Shown piece by piece: positions 1 through 10,173 of a DNA stretch of 64,000 nt (position 1 is its first letter; each line of letters begins with the position of its first letter). The stretch comes from an uncultured Gammaproteobacteria bacterium (lineage in GTDB: Bacteria; Pseudomonadota; Gammaproteobacteria; JABCZS01): positions 1,472,001 to 1,536,000 of the forward strand of contig CAWKDC010000001.1 of the NCBI GenBank assembly GCA_963848305.1, written 5' to 3'. A program made the translations under genes and the position numbers. The notes under the pieces are model-generated. The model saw only the letters and a program-made list of their open reading frames with translations. It was not told where the DNA came from and did not search any database.

Positions 1-530
1 AATAATATTTCGCTGGGCTGAAATCGCGCTAAGACAGCTTGTAATAAAGCAATATCGTTTGTTTCTAATACATACATTTGCCCATTTGATAATTCAGTGA
101 ATGCAACACTGTATATGTCATTCACTGCAAATAACACGCATAAATAATTATCGCTGTGTGCATCGAGTAAGGCTTCTTCCGTCAACGTACCGGGTGTGAT
201 AATCCGCACTACTTTGCGCTCCACGGGTCCTTTCATTGCCCCGACTTCACCGATTTGTTCGCAAATAGCAATGGATTCGCCATGTTTTAGTAGTTTGCCA
301 AGATAAGGATCAAGTGCATGTTGGGGTACACCGGCCATGGGCACTGGCTTGCCTGCGGAAGTGCCACGAGAAGTCAGGGTTAAATCAAGCAAACGATGAA
401 CACGTTCTGCGTCTTCATAGAATAATTCGTAAAAATCACCGAGGCGGTAAAACAGCAATTTGTCAGGATGTTGTGCTTTAATACGCAGGTATTGTTGCAT
501 CATCGGTGTGTGGTCGAGCAGCGTGTTCAT
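1..530 (-). CDS. mutS: DNA mismatch repair protein MutS, 5' part (runs off the window start)
   Basis: Manual translation from ATG at 530: [41 protein letters not shown]...[13 protein letters not shown], the MutS domain I motifs. Not in the ORF track. Confidence 0.95.
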   Translation of the reverse strand, partial: MNTLLDHTPMMQQYLRIKAQHPDKLLFYRLGDFYELFYEDAERVHRLLDLTLTSRGTSAGKPVPMAGVPQHALDPYLGKLLKHGESIAICEQIGEVGAMKGPVERKVVRIITPGTLTEEALLDAHSDNYLCVLFAVNDIYSVAFTELSNGQMYVLETNDIALLQAVLARFQPSEIL

Positions 531-639
531 GCGCGCATTAGCCTTCAATGTATCATGTTGAGGCTATCATACCAGCGTTTTTAGCATTCAGGCAAGAATG
601 TTTAAGTAAATCATGATATTAGCAACTAACAATATTAAC

Positions 640-668
640 TTGAAATTTGGTACCGCCCGTGGTACCAT
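640..668 (+). promoter_or_regulatory. Sigma70-type promoter overlapped by an inverted-repeat operator (probable HicB site)
   Basis: TTGAAA(640-645)-17 nt-TACCAT(663-668) with TG extension; perfect inverted repeat TGGTACC-N6-GGTACCA at 648-667. Confidence 0.55.
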
Positions 669-672
669 TGTT

Positions 673-819
673 ATGCGGGAATTATCAGATGAGTTTGGGA
701 TGACATCATGCTTCCACGAAAAAATGCTGGCAGTGCCAGCACATAAACCGATAAAACCGTTTTACACTAAACATTTTGTTGTTCTAATAGATGAAATAAT
801 GGGGGAACATGATGAATGA
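673..819 (+). pseudogene. hicA: Truncated or internally deleted HicA-family toxin remnant
   Basis: C-terminal LAVPAHKPIKPFYTKHFVVLIDEI matches the HicA tail; no GSH catalytic motif; overlaps the hicB start. Confidence 0.6.
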
Positions 820-1159
820 TTTAAAATATCCTGTGACGATTAGACGCTTGAGCAAAAGTGATGGGGGTGGATATTTAGTGGAATTTCCCGATTTACCTGG
901 TTGTTATGCAGACGGCGACACTATTGAAGAAGCTTTAATTGAAGCAGAAAGTGCGATGAATTCATGGATAGCAGCTGCTAAAGAATTTAAAGAGGAAGTC
1001 CCACAGCCTGAAAAATTCAGTGGGCAATGGCGAATGCGTGTTCCTAAAAGTTTGCATGCAGCATTAACAAAGCGTGCAAAAGTGGAAGGCGTGAGCTTAA
1101 ATGCATTGGCCAGTATTTTATTGGCAGAAGGATTGGAAAGACATGCGTCAAAACACTGA
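809..1159 (+). CDS. hicB: HicB-family antitoxin with C-terminal ribbon-helix-helix domain
   Basis: GGGYLVEFPDLPGCYADGDTIEEA and SGQWRMRVPKSLHAALTKRAKVEGVSLN. Confidence 0.92.
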   Translation: MMNDLKYPVTIRRLSKSDGGGYLVEFPDLPGCYADGDTIEEALIEAESAMNSWIAAAKEFKEEVPQPEKFSGQWRMRVPKSLHAALTKRAKVEGVSLNALASILLAEGLERHASKH

Positions 1160-1628
1160 CATTCAAGATGTTGTACAACAATTGGCCGAACATTGTTTGG
1201 AACACGGCTACAAAATCGCGACAGCAGAATCGTGCACAGGGGGTTGGGTGTCTCATGCCATCGTATCATTGCCCGGTAGTTCTGCCTGGTTTGAGGCAGG
1301 GTTGGTCACCTATAGCAACGAGGCTAAGATCAATTTGTTGCAAGTATCTCCCGTTCTAATCGATGCAAAAGGAGCGGTTTCAGAAGAAGTGGCACGAGCA
1401 ATGTTGCAAGGCGTTTTGGCGAATACACAGGCAACACATGCAGTGGCTGTCACAGGTATCGCAGGTCCTGGCGGTGGTTCACCTGATAAACCGGTGGGCT
1501 TGGTGTGGTTTGCGTGGGGTGACGCACAAGGTCGTGTGGTAACAGCACAAAAAAACTTCAGCGGTGATCGCAATGATGTGCGCGCTCAAGCTGTATTACT
1601 TGCTTTAGAGGGATTGCGAGACTTTTAA
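1143..1628 (+). CDS. cinA: CinA C-terminal domain / nicotinamide-nucleotide amidohydrolase (PncC)
   Basis: ATAESCTGG, GAVSEEVARAM and TGIAGPGGGS motifs; sits upstream of recA; start taken at ATG 1143. Confidence 0.9.
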   Translation: MRQNTDIQDVVQQLAEHCLEHGYKIATAESCTGGWVSHAIVSLPGSSAWFEAGLVTYSNEAKINLLQVSPVLIDAKGAVSEEVARAMLQGVLANTQATHAVAVTGIAGPGGGSPDKPVGLVWFAWGDAQGRVVTAQKNFSGDRNDVRAQAVLLALEGLRDF

Positions 1629-1722
1629 AAAAATATCCTATTTTGTTTGATTGGGTATATACTTCAAACATTCGGGCAGGCGCATATGCGTCAATTAAAA
1701 TCAAATAAACGAGAGGGTTCTC

Positions 1723-2775
1723 ATGGCAATTCCACCAGTCAGTCAAGAAAAATTGCAAGCCGTTGCGACGGTGAAGGCACAAATTGAACGTCAATATGGT
1801 AAAGGTTCTATTTTGCAAGGCCGCGATGGCAACGTGATTCAAGACATCGAATTTTATTCCACCGGTTCTATCGGTCTCGACATTGCATTGGGTGGCGGTT
1901 TGCCGCGCGGGCGAGTCGTTGAAATTTACGGGCCCGAATCATCTGGTAAGACAACACTCACCTTGCAAGTGATTGCAGAGTGTCAAAAAGCGGGTGGGAT
2001 TGCTGCTTTCATCGATGCTGAACATGCATTGGATCCTGTCTACGCACAAAAATTGGGCGTGAATATGGATGATTTGGTGATTTCACAGCCAGACAGTGGT
2101 GAGCAAGCGCTCGAAATCGTAGACAAATTGGTGTCTTCGAATGCATTCGGCGTGATTGTGATTGACTCTGTTGCTGCGCTGACACCCGAAGCCGAATTGA
2201 AAGGCGATATGGGTGACTCACACATGGGTTTACATGCACGACTGATGTCGCAAGCGCTGCGCAAGCTTACCGGCAATATCAAACGTGCCAATACGTTGGT
2301 GATTTTTATTAACCAAATCCGCATGAAAATCGGCGTGATGTTTGGCAGCCCTGAAACAACCACGGGTGGTAATGCGCTGAAATTCTACGCTTCTGTGCGT
2401 TTGGATATTCGTCGCACAGGCGCTATCAAAGCCGGTGAAGAAGTGATTGGCAGTGAAACCCGTGTGAAAGTCGTGAAGAATAAAATTGCGCCACCGTTTA
2501 AACAGGCAGAATTCGATATTCTATACGGCGAAGGCACATCACGCGAAGGTGAAATCATTGCAATTGGATCTGATTTAGGTATCGTTGAAAAATCGGGTGC
2601 TTGGTACAGTTATAATGGTGAACGTATTGGTCAAGGTAAAGACAATGTGCGTCAGTATTTGAAAGAACATCCTGCTGTGGCTCAAGCCATTGAAGCGGCA
2701 ATCCGTGCCAAACGTATCATTCCAAATGTGATGGTATCCTCGGCCGAGGCAGAAGAAGCGCTTGAAGAAGTGTGA
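1723..2775 (+). CDS. recA: Recombinase RecA
   Basis: [19 protein letters not shown] and [17 protein letters not shown] motifs. Confidence 0.99.
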   Translation: MAIPPVSQEKLQAVATVKAQIERQYGKGSILQGRDGNVIQDIEFYSTGSIGLDIALGGGLPRGRVVEIYGPESSGKTTLTLQVIAECQKAGGIAAFIDAEHALDPVYAQKLGVNMDDLVISQPDSGEQALEIVDKLVSSNAFGVIVIDSVAALTPEAELKGDMGDSHMGLHARLMSQALRKLTGNIKRANTLVIFINQIRMKIGVMFGSPETTTGGNALKFYASVRLDIRRTGAIKAGEEVIGSETRVKVVKNKIAPPFKQAEFDILYGEGTSREGEIIAIGSDLGIVEKSGAWYSYNGERIGQGKDNVRQYLKEHPAVAQAIEAAIRAKRIIPNVMVSSAEAEEALEEV

Positions 2776-3223
2776 TAGCATCCCACTCACGCCGGAGCGA
2801 GCCCGCAGTTACGCTGTCTCGCTCTTGGCGCGTCGTGAGTATAGTCGCAAATCATTGGGTGATCGGTTGATCGAGAAGGGCGCACCACCTGAGATTGCTG
2901 ATGCCGTATTAGATCAATTACAACAAGAGGGTTATCAAAGCGATGAACGGTTCATTGCCAGCCTGGTGCGAGTGCGCATTGCGCAGGGGAAAGGCCCTTG
3001 CGTGTTGTATCAAGAAATCAAAGAACATCATATTGCTAAAGCGCTATTAGACGCTGCGATCCATGCCGAGTCTCCAGATTGGGTTGCATTGGCTGCCGAA
3101 GCCTTGAACAAACGTTTTGGCGAAAAAGCACAGACGTTCCAGGAAAAAGGAAAACAATATCGTTTCTTGATGATGCGGGGGTTTGAGAAGGATCAGATTC
3201 AGTTGGCAATGCAAAACCTATAA
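2762..3223 (+). CDS. recX: Regulatory protein RecX (start uncertain)
   Basis: [20 protein letters not shown] and RFLMMRGF motifs; follows recA. Confidence 0.93.
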   Translation: MKKCDSIPLTPERARSYAVSLLARREYSRKSLGDRLIEKGAPPEIADAVLDQLQQEGYQSDERFIASLVRVRIAQGKGPCVLYQEIKEHHIAKALLDAAIHAESPDWVALAAEALNKRFGEKAQTFQEKGKQYRFLMMRGFEKDQIQLAMQNL

Positions 3224-3342
3224 ATTTTTATAATAAAAAACAAGATGATAATGCAAATTGCATTATGTGTCCCAATGGGGTGCAATCAAAATGAATCATG
3301 AACTTTTAACAATTGTAGAATTGCCCTTCTTTTTGTTTGAAG

Positions 3343-3359
3343 TTGGCAGTACCATTGCG
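3343..3359 (+). promoter_or_regulatory. Sigma54 (-24/-12) promoter-like motif
   Basis: TTGGCAGTACCATTGCG has the exact GG-N10-GC spacing; palindromes lie 60-100 bp upstream. Confidence 0.55.
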
Positions 3360-3418
3360 GCTTGGGTTAACGCAAGAGGCAGTTGAAAGTATTTTTCATC
3401 AGGATGAGCCATGAAGTA

Positions 3419-3446
3419 ATGAGAAGGCCGCAGGCGCCTTCCTCAT
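3419..3446. terminator. GC-rich hairpin at the 3' end of lptB
   Basis: ATGAGAAGGC-CGCAGGC-GCCTTCCTCAT stem with one bulge; weak U tract. Confidence 0.45.
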
Positions 3447-4168
3447 AATACAAAATCCTCGCCCAAATACACTTTGCGGACTTGGGGATTGGCCAGAATG
3501 TCGGTCGGAGTGCCTTCCGCGATCAACTGGCCGCGGCCCATGATGTAGGCAGAGCCGCAAATATCCAATGTTTCACGCACATTGTGATCGGTGATTAAAA
3601 CGCCAATCCCACGTTTGGCCAAATGCCGAATGATTTCTTTGATGTCGACGATGGAGATGGGATCAACGCCCGCAAAAGGTTCATCCAATAAAATAAACTG
3701 CGGATTGGCCGCGAGGGCGCGGGCAATTTCAACACGGCGGCGTTCCCCGCCCGACAAACTTTGCCCTAAACTATTGGCAATGTGTTCAATGTGAAATTCA
3801 GCCAATAATTGTTCACACTGTTGTTTGCGTTCCACTTTTGATAACTCAGGGCGCAGTTCCAGAATCGCCATGATATTGTCGTGCACGGATAATTTGCGAA
3901 ACACGGAGGGTTCTTGCGGCAAATAACCCAATCCTAAACGCGCACGCATGTGCATGGGCAGGGCAGTGACATCGACCTCATTCAAATATATTTTGCCTTT
4001 GTCGCAAGGCACAAGTCCCACCATCATATAAAAACACGTGGTTTTCCCCGCACCATTCGGACCCAATAACCCGACAATGTTACCACTTTGTACAGTCATA
4101 GAAATGTCTAGGACAATGGTGTTTTGCTTATACGACTTGTGCAAATGGGCAGCGGTTAATGTGGGCAT
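3443..4168 (-). CDS. lptB: LPS export ABC transporter ATPase
   Basis: [39 protein letters not shown] and VRKVYLG motifs. Confidence 0.97.
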   Translation of the reverse strand: MPTLTAAHLHKSYKQNTIVLDISMTVQSGNIVGLLGPNGAGKTTCFYMMVGLVPCDKGKIYLNEVDVTALPMHMRARLGLGYLPQEPSVFRKLSVHDNIMAILELRPELSKVERKQQCEQLLAEFHIEHIANSLGQSLSGGERRRVEIARALAANPQFILLDEPFAGVDPISIVDIKEIIRHLAKRGIGVLITDHNVRETLDICGSAYIMGRGQLIAEGTPTDILANPQVRKVYLGEDFVL

Positions 4169-4171
4169 ACA

Positions 4172-4657
4172 TTACTCTCGTGGTTTCAAAGTGATGGTGG
4201 TGCGCCCGCCTTGATGTTCAGGCGACCGCACAAGTTTTTGTTTCGTGTCATATTCGATCACAGGGGCTTCATACACATCGCCGCCTTGTTCAACGCGGGC
4301 AGCTTGTTGTAGCGTTAATTCCTGTGTGACATTGTTATAAATAATGGTATTGGCCTGTGCGTGAAACAGGGGTTTGTTGGGATCTGGCAATGATTGATGT
4401 GTCGCCGGGTGGCCGTACACAATGATTTTTTCAATCATGTCACTGTCACCACGATATATTTCTAATTTATCCCCATTGAGTCGACGGGTTCCTTGTACTG
4501 CTTCAACATGGCCCTGATAGGTCGCAATGCCTTCTTTTTGCCGGTATTCAAATGTTTCTGACGAGATGGACAATATTTCCAAGTCATCATTTGCGATGAC
4601 AGGGCTGACGCAGACAACCCAGCATAAAAGCGTCCTAGCTGCTAGGCGATTGAGCAT
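4172..4657 (-). CDS. lptA: LPS transport periplasmic protein LptA
   Basis: Signal peptide, OstA-like YQGHVEAVQG and GGRTTITLKP; synteny. Confidence 0.9.
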   Translation of the reverse strand: MLNRLAARTLLCWVVCVSPVIANDDLEILSISSETFEYRQKEGIATYQGHVEAVQGTRRLNGDKLEIYRGDSDMIEKIIVYGHPATHQSLPDPNKPLFHAQANTIIYNNVTQELTLQQAARVEQGGDVYEAPVIEYDTKQKLVRSPEHQGGRTTITLKPRE

Positions 4658-5216
4658 GTTCGCTCCTTACTTGACTGAACAATTCCACAGACTGTTTATC
4701 GAAAAAAGCTTTTAACCCTACCCCTGTGAGCAGTTGCCCAGGTTGTTTCAAAGAGACGGCTTGATCCGTTTGCGCAAACTCTTGTTCTGGAAAAATCGCA
4801 ATGGTAGACGTTGTCATGTGGGTGGGGCGATCAGGCCTGTCTTGCCACAGGGTCACATTTTGCCATAAATCTAAGCGATCAATGTCGGTGGTGCGTTTGC
4901 CATGAAACGTACGACCCTTATTTCCCGACAAATGCCAGGGTTCCTTTTTGTCATTGAATAAAGTAAAGCTGGGATTGAATAAATCCGTCATGTTTTGCTC
5001 TGTGTAATGTAACATTTTATCCGCATGAAACTCGCGTTTCGGTAAACCCTTTTCATTCATTTCAATCACGCGCACATCGACGCCAAACCATTCTGGCACA
5101 TAAGCGACAGCTTGTGTGACCGGTTCATCATCTGTGGCAGGCATGAGTTCCCACACAATGAACGCGGAACCCACAAATAGTATCAGTAATTGAAAGAGAG
5201 TGCGGGTATGCTTCAT
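4635..5216 (-). CDS. lptC: LPS export protein LptC
   Basis: Single N-terminal TM, AQTDQAVSL and LTGVGLKA; lies between kdsC and lptA. Confidence 0.88.
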   Translation of the reverse strand: MKHTRTLFQLLILFVGSAFIVWELMPATDDEPVTQAVAYVPEWFGVDVRVIEMNEKGLPKREFHADKMLHYTEQNMTDLFNPSFTLFNDKKEPWHLSGNKGRTFHGKRTTDIDRLDLWQNVTLWQDRPDRPTHMTTSTIAIFPEQEFAQTDQAVSLKQPGQLLTGVGLKAFFDKQSVELFSQVRSEHAQSPSS

Positions 5217-5728
5217 TGGAATTGTTCCTCAATGGGCGCACCCAATGCGCTCAATAGGCGATCACATATTTCCCGCACGGCGCCGTTGCCGCCTTTGCGT
5301 TCAGTGATCCAGTCGGCGTATTGTAATAACAATGGAGTGGCGTTGGCAACTGCAATGCCTAAACCCACACGGCGCAGTAAAGCGAGATCGGGTAAGTCAT
5401 CGCCCACATAAGCCACCGCGCTGTCATCAAGATTGAGTTTTGTGAGCAGGTCATTGTATGCGGCCATTTTATCATCGACACCCGTATATACATGTTCAAT
5501 GCCGAGATCACGCATGCGGGCGATTGTGGCTTTGGCCTTGCACTTGGTGATGATGGCGACCGCGATGCCTTGCTTCATCAACAATTTCAAACCGAGGCCG
5601 TCGTGCACATGGAAACTTTTCAACGCGACGCCATTGGCATCATAAGTGAGTGTGCCATCCGTCAGAACGCCGTCGACGTCAGTGATGAAAAGTTTGATGC
5701 GTTGTGCATGTTCATGTATGTCGTTCAT
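5213..5728 (-). CDS. kdsC: KDO 8-phosphate phosphatase
   Basis: DVDGVLTDG, YVGDDLPD and GGNGAVREICD motifs. Confidence 0.95.
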   Translation of the reverse strand: MNDIHEHAQRIKLFITDVDGVLTDGTLTYDANGVALKSFHVHDGLGLKLLMKQGIAVAIITKCKAKATIARMRDLGIEHVYTGVDDKMAAYNDLLTKLNLDDSAVAYVGDDLPDLALLRRVGLGIAVANATPLLLQYADWITERKGGNGAVREICDRLLSALGAPIEEQFQ

Positions 5729-6720
5729 CAGATCACCTGTGCGTGTAGTAAATCTTGCATGTTAAGCGCACCGACCAGGGCGCCAGTGTCATTCACAATC
5801 AATAACCCGTTGATGCGTTTTTTCTCCATCATACCCAATGCGGTGGCGGCCAACGTGCCGGCGGGGATGGTTTCACAGGGTGTGGTCATTTGGGTTTCAA
5901 GCCGGGTGACGTGGATATCAAGATTGCGTGTGAGCGTGCGGCGCAAATCGCCATCTGTGAAAATGCCGAGCACATGGGATTGTGCATCCACAATAGCAAT
6001 CATGCCCAGGCCTTTTTGCGTCATTTCCATCAAGGCTTGCGTGATGGTCATGTCAGGTGAAGCTTTGGGGAGCGCGTCTCCCGTGTGCATGATGTCATCG
6101 ACTTTCAGTAATAAACGCCGACCCAGGGTGCCGGCAGGGTGGGATAAGGCAAAGTCTTCTGCAGTAAAGCCTCGGCGTTCTAGCAGCGTCACTGCCAAAG
6201 CATCTCCCATCGCGAGGGCGACCGTGGTACTGGTGGTGGGGGCAAGGCCTAGCGGGCAGGCTTCCTTCTCCACACTGACGTCCAAATGGATAGTAGCGGC
6301 TTGAGCGAGAGGAGACTGGGGGTTACCTGTCATGGCCACTAAAGGGACGCCCAGGCGCTTTAAGAAGGGGATAAGGCTCATGACTTCATCCGTTCGGCCT
6401 GAGTTTGATAGACAGAGAACGGCATCTTGCTGGGTGATCATGCCCATGTCGCCATGGCATGCTTCAGCAGGATGGACAAAAAAGGCGGGGGTGCCGGTAG
6501 AGGCCAGGGTGGCAGCGATTTTCTTACCAATATGGCCGGATTTGCCCATGCCGATGACAATCACGCGGCCAGTGGTGCCCAGGAAAATATCACAGGCATC
6601 GATGAAATGTTGATTGATGCGTGCTTTGAGGGCTAAAATCGCGCTGGCTTCATTGTCCAAGACGGATTGGGCGAGGGTGATCATTTTATTAGTATGTGTT
6701 TGATTCGACAATGTTTTCAT
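5728..6720 (-). CDS. kdsD: Arabinose 5-phosphate isomerase (SIS + CBS domains)
   Basis: GMGKSGHIGKKIAATLASTGTP and EACPLGLAPTTST motifs. Confidence 0.96.
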   Translation of the reverse strand: MKTLSNQTHTNKMITLAQSVLDNEASAILALKARINQHFIDACDIFLGTTGRVIVIGMGKSGHIGKKIAATLASTGTPAFFVHPAEACHGDMGMITQQDAVLCLSNSGRTDEVMSLIPFLKRLGVPLVAMTGNPQSPLAQAATIHLDVSVEKEACPLGLAPTTSTTVALAMGDALAVTLLERRGFTAEDFALSHPAGTLGRRLLLKVDDIMHTGDALPKASPDMTITQALMEMTQKGLGMIAIVDAQSHVLGIFTDGDLRRTLTRNLDIHVTRLETQMTTPCETIPAGTLAATALGMMEKKRINGLLIVNDTGALVGALNMQDLLHAQVI

Positions 6721-6853
6721 GAGGTGCCTGCATGGAGTCTAGAAAAAAGTCAGCACCGGTATTATGGCATAATTCAGTGTGAAAAACCACATGAGGTGAT
6801 GGGGGGCGCTGGCTCATGGCTTATGCAAGTTGGGCTGGCATCATGTTGGCCCA

Positions 6854-7288
6854 TTACCATATGGCGCAAGGTTCGTTGGAATCACGCTGGCAGCCGGAAA
6901 TGGTTAACGTGGGGTTACCCGCCTCGCCAACGCCTTTAACAATAGTGCCCCAATGCTTGCATTTATGGCCAGTGCTGGCATTTCCTGTGCAAGCTTTTTC
7001 TGACGCCTCAATGCAAGGAAAGCTGCCGTAATCAACATAGTGGTAATAACCATCAGGATTTGAGTCGGCATCGATAAAAATATTGGTGCAATCATCTACT
7101 AGGATATACTTACCATTGTTATCTCGATTTGTGATGGGGCAGTCACGAGCCGGGTTTCCGGCGCCACCGTTCGTCGTATAATTTCGGCACGCTATTGCTG
7201 TGGGTGCGAGGGCAAAAGTTCCCAGTGTCGCCAATGTCAGAATCATCGTGTTAATCATGATGAGTGATGTTTTAAATGCAGTGTTCAT
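6854..7288 (-). CDS. Hypothetical secreted cysteine-rich protein
   Basis: GGGAG RBS before ATG 7288; signal-like segment ending AIA; 8 Cys in the mature part. Confidence 0.7.
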   Translation of the reverse strand: MNTAFKTSLIMINTMILTLATLGTFALAPTAIACRNYTTNGGAGNPARDCPITNRDNNGKYILVDDCTNIFIDADSNPDGYYHYVDYGSFPCIEASEKACTGNASTGHKCKHWGTIVKGVGEAGNPTLTISGCQRDSNEPCAIW

Positions 7289-7408
7289 GGCATGCTCCCA
7301 TTTGTATAGCATAGCACAGCTTTTGGCTTGCACAAGCATGGCTGGGGAATTTGAACAATCTGTCTGTAAGCCCTAGACGCGCACTGAGATCGGTGCTTAA
7401 ATAAGAGC

Positions 7409-8206
7409 ATGAAAAACAAACTTGAGATCAGTCAATTACGGTTCAATCGGGGTGAGCGTGTCATCTTTGACGGGGTGAGCCTTGTCGTGCCGGAAGGCAA
7501 AATCACGGCCATCATGGGCCCCAGTGGCACCGGCAAAACCACTTTGCTGCGCTTCATGACAGGGTTATTAAAGCCCGACTCGGGTGAAGTGCGTTTAAAC
7601 GGTGAGTCTGTCCCTCATGCGTCACGCGAACGCTTGAATAAAATCCGTCAAAAAATGGGCATGTTGTTTCAAAATGGCGCATTATTTACGGACATGTCAG
7701 TGTTCGACAATGTCGCGTTTGCCTTGCGCGAGCACACGCGGTTGCCTGAGCGCTTGATCCGCGACTTGGTATTATTGAAATTGGAAGCCGTGGGCTTGCG
7801 GGGCGCACATCGCCTGATGCCGCGAGAATTATCGGGCGGGATGAACCGTCGTGTGGCGCTGGCTCGCTCCATTGCGCTTGATCCGGAAGTGATTTTGTAT
7901 GATGAGCCATTTGCAGGACAAGATCCGATTTCCATGGGTGTGCTGATCCGCCTCATCAAGCAATTGCATGAAGCCTTGGGACTGACCTCTGTCATTGTTT
8001 CTCACGATATCGCTGAAACAGCCAGCATTGCCGACTATATTTACTTGATGGCCAATGGGAAAATCATTGGTGAAGGCACACCTGAGGCGCTCGAGGCCTC
8101 TCATTACCCTGAAGTGAAACAATTCATGCGGGGCGAAGCGGACGGCCCTGTTCCCTTTCATTATCCCGGTGTGCCGCTCGACGTTGATTTATGGGGAGAT
8201 GCGTGA
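7409..8206 (+). CDS. mlaF: Phospholipid ABC transporter ATPase
   Basis: [25 protein letters not shown] and [14 protein letters not shown] motifs. Confidence 0.96.
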   Translation: MKNKLEISQLRFNRGERVIFDGVSLVVPEGKITAIMGPSGTGKTTLLRFMTGLLKPDSGEVRLNGESVPHASRERLNKIRQKMGMLFQNGALFTDMSVFDNVAFALREHTRLPERLIRDLVLLKLEAVGLRGAHRLMPRELSGGMNRRVALARSIALDPEVILYDEPFAGQDPISMGVLIRLIKQLHEALGLTSVIVSHDIAETASIADYIYLMANGKIIGEGTPEALEASHYPEVKQFMRGEADGPVPFHYPGVPLDVDLWGDA

Positions 8207-8987
8207 TGTTTCGTTTTATAGCGAGTATGGGCGCGCAAGTGTTGGGCGTCATCAAAGAAATTGGCGAAGCCTCGCTGTTGCTGTTTTCTGTTTTGTTTTC
8301 GCGGCCGGATCTCCGCAGAGGACTGATTTGCTGGTCCGTCAAATGTTCTCCGTGGGCGTGTTGTCATTGCCGATCATTATTTTTGCTGGCTTGTTTGTTG
8401 GAATGGTATTGGGTTTACAGGCCTATACTAATTTGGTGAAGTTTGGTGCATCGCAAGCCACAGGCACGCTGGTGGCGTTGTCGCTTGTGCGCGAATTGGG
8501 ACCCGTGGTGGCGAGCTTGCTTTTTGCTGGTCGTGCCGGTTCAGCGCTCACCGCTGAAATCGCACTATTGAAGACAACAGAGCAGCTGGATTCGCTCAGT
8601 TTGTTGGGGGTGGATCCCATCAAACGGGTAATTGCTCCTCGGTTTTGGGCGGGCTTGTATTCATTGCCCATTTTAGCAACCATTTTTTCCGCCGTCGCCA
8701 TTTGGGGCGGCTCATTGATTTGTGTGGATTGGTTAGGATTGGATGCGGGTAGTTTTTGGTCTAACATGCAATCGGCTGTGCATTTCCGGGAAGACATTGT
8801 GAATGGGATCATTAAAAGTGTCGTATTTGGATTTGTGTGCACCTGGATTGCTGTGCATCAAGGGTACGCCGCCTTGCCTACGTCAGAAGGGATAGGCTAT
8901 GCCACCACGCGGACAGTCGTGTACTCGTCATTGTCTGTGTTGGCGCTCGATTTTGTTTTAACCGCTGTGATGTTTTCAGATTTTTAA
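8206..8987 (+). CDS. mlaE: Phospholipid ABC transporter permease (frameshift near 8322)
   Basis: N-terminus [11 protein letters not shown] in one frame; [26 protein letters not shown] in another. Confidence 0.92.
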
Positions 8988-8996
8988 AGGAGAATA

Positions 8997-9464
8997 ATGA
9001 TGTCAAAATATGGTCGCATCGAAATGCTGGTCGGGCTTTTTGTGTTGATGGGTATCCTGTCACTCTGCGCGTTGGCCTTTAAAGTAAGCGGTTTAACGAG
9101 TTTGTCACAAGAAGGCGCAAGTTATCATGTTACCGCGGCCTTCACTGAAATCGGGGGGCTGAAAGTGCGTGCCCGTGTGGCCGTGGCGGGGGTGCCTGTG
9201 GGGCGCGTGACGTCGATCAAGCTGGATGAAAATGGTTTTCAAGCCATTGTGACCATGAGCATTCATGCCAATGTCGATCGTTTACCAACCGATACCATTG
9301 CGTCGATTGCAACATCGGGTTTGATAGGCGATAATTATGTGATGCTGGCTCCTGGAGCCGATGATACTTTCTTGAAAGACGGTAGCCGCATTGAACTGAC
9401 GGATCCTGCCATTGTGCTGGAACGTTTGATTGGCCAATTCTTATACCGCTCCGGACAAAAATGA
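8997..9464 (+). CDS. mlaD: MCE-domain protein MlaD
   Basis: IGGLKVRARVAVAGVPVGRV and TSGLIGDNY motifs. Confidence 0.95.
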   Translation: MMSKYGRIEMLVGLFVLMGILSLCALAFKVSGLTSLSQEGASYHVTAAFTEIGGLKVRARVAVAGVPVGRVTSIKLDENGFQAIVTMSIHANVDRLPTDTIASIATSGLIGDNYVMLAPGADDTFLKDGSRIELTDPAIVLERLIGQFLYRSGQK

Positions 9465-9471
9465 GGATCCT

Positions 9472-10173
9472 ATGAAACTGATCAAAGCACTCTTGTTGAC
9501 AATGTGGGTAATGTGCCTGCCATTTGAATTGTGGGCAGATGACAAGCCTGCAGCTGCACCAGTATCCTCCTCAGCCGTCACCGTTCCTTCCGCAGAAGAC
9601 AATCGCACAGCCACACAAGTGTTGAAAGACGTGTCCGATAAATTGATTGCCCGGTTGAATAAGGACAAAGTCGCTATCAAAAAAGATCCCTTTGTTATCA
9701 TTGATATCGTTGATACAATTATCATGCCTGTCACAGATTTCAACCTGATTGCCAAGCGTGTATTGGGTCAGAATTGGGTTCATGCGACGCCTGCACAGCA
9801 GCAGCTGTTTTTGAAAGAATTCAAATTACTGCTCATCGTGACGTACATTGCTGCTTTCCGTTCTTATGAAAATCAATCGGTCGATTTTAAACGTGAGCTG
9901 CCCAGTCAAAATGATAAAGACCGTGTTCTCGTTCAAACCTTGATTCAGCAACCGGGTTCACCGCCCATTCCAGTGAATTACAGTATGCACAAAGTGGATG
10001 ATCCGAAAAGTGAAGGCAAATACCGCTGGGTTGTCTATGATTTCAACGTCGATGGCGTTGGTTTAACAAGCAGTTTCCGCCAACAATTTAATCAAGCGAT
10101 TCAGGAAAAGGGCATGGATAAAATGTTGAAAGACATGCACGATAAAAATGAATCTTTTTTTGGCAGGGAATAA
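9472..10173 (+). CDS. mlaC: Periplasmic phospholipid-binding protein MlaC
   Basis: Signal peptide, VLGQNW and WVVYDFNVDGVGLTSSFRQQF. Confidence 0.92.
   Translation: MKLIKALLLTMWVMCLPFELWADDKPAAAPVSSSAVTVPSAEDNRTATQVLKDVSDKLIARLNKDKVAIKKDPFVIIDIVDTIIMPVTDFNLIAKRVLGQNWVHATPAQQQLFLKEFKLLLIVTYIAAFRSYENQSVDFKRELPSQNDKDRVLVQTLIQQPGSPPIPVNYSMHKVDDPKSEGKYRWVVYDFNVDGVGLTSSFRQQFNQAIQEKGMDKMLKDMHDKNESFFGRE

Noticed and set aside
3247-3267. Fur box
   Set aside because: The GATAATG/CATTAT arms are spaced two bases wider than in the 19-bp Fur consensus; kept only as an unassigned palindrome.
5492-6304. 270-aa ORF antisense to kdsD/kdsC
   Set aside because: Shadow ORF of conserved genes with no protein-like motifs.
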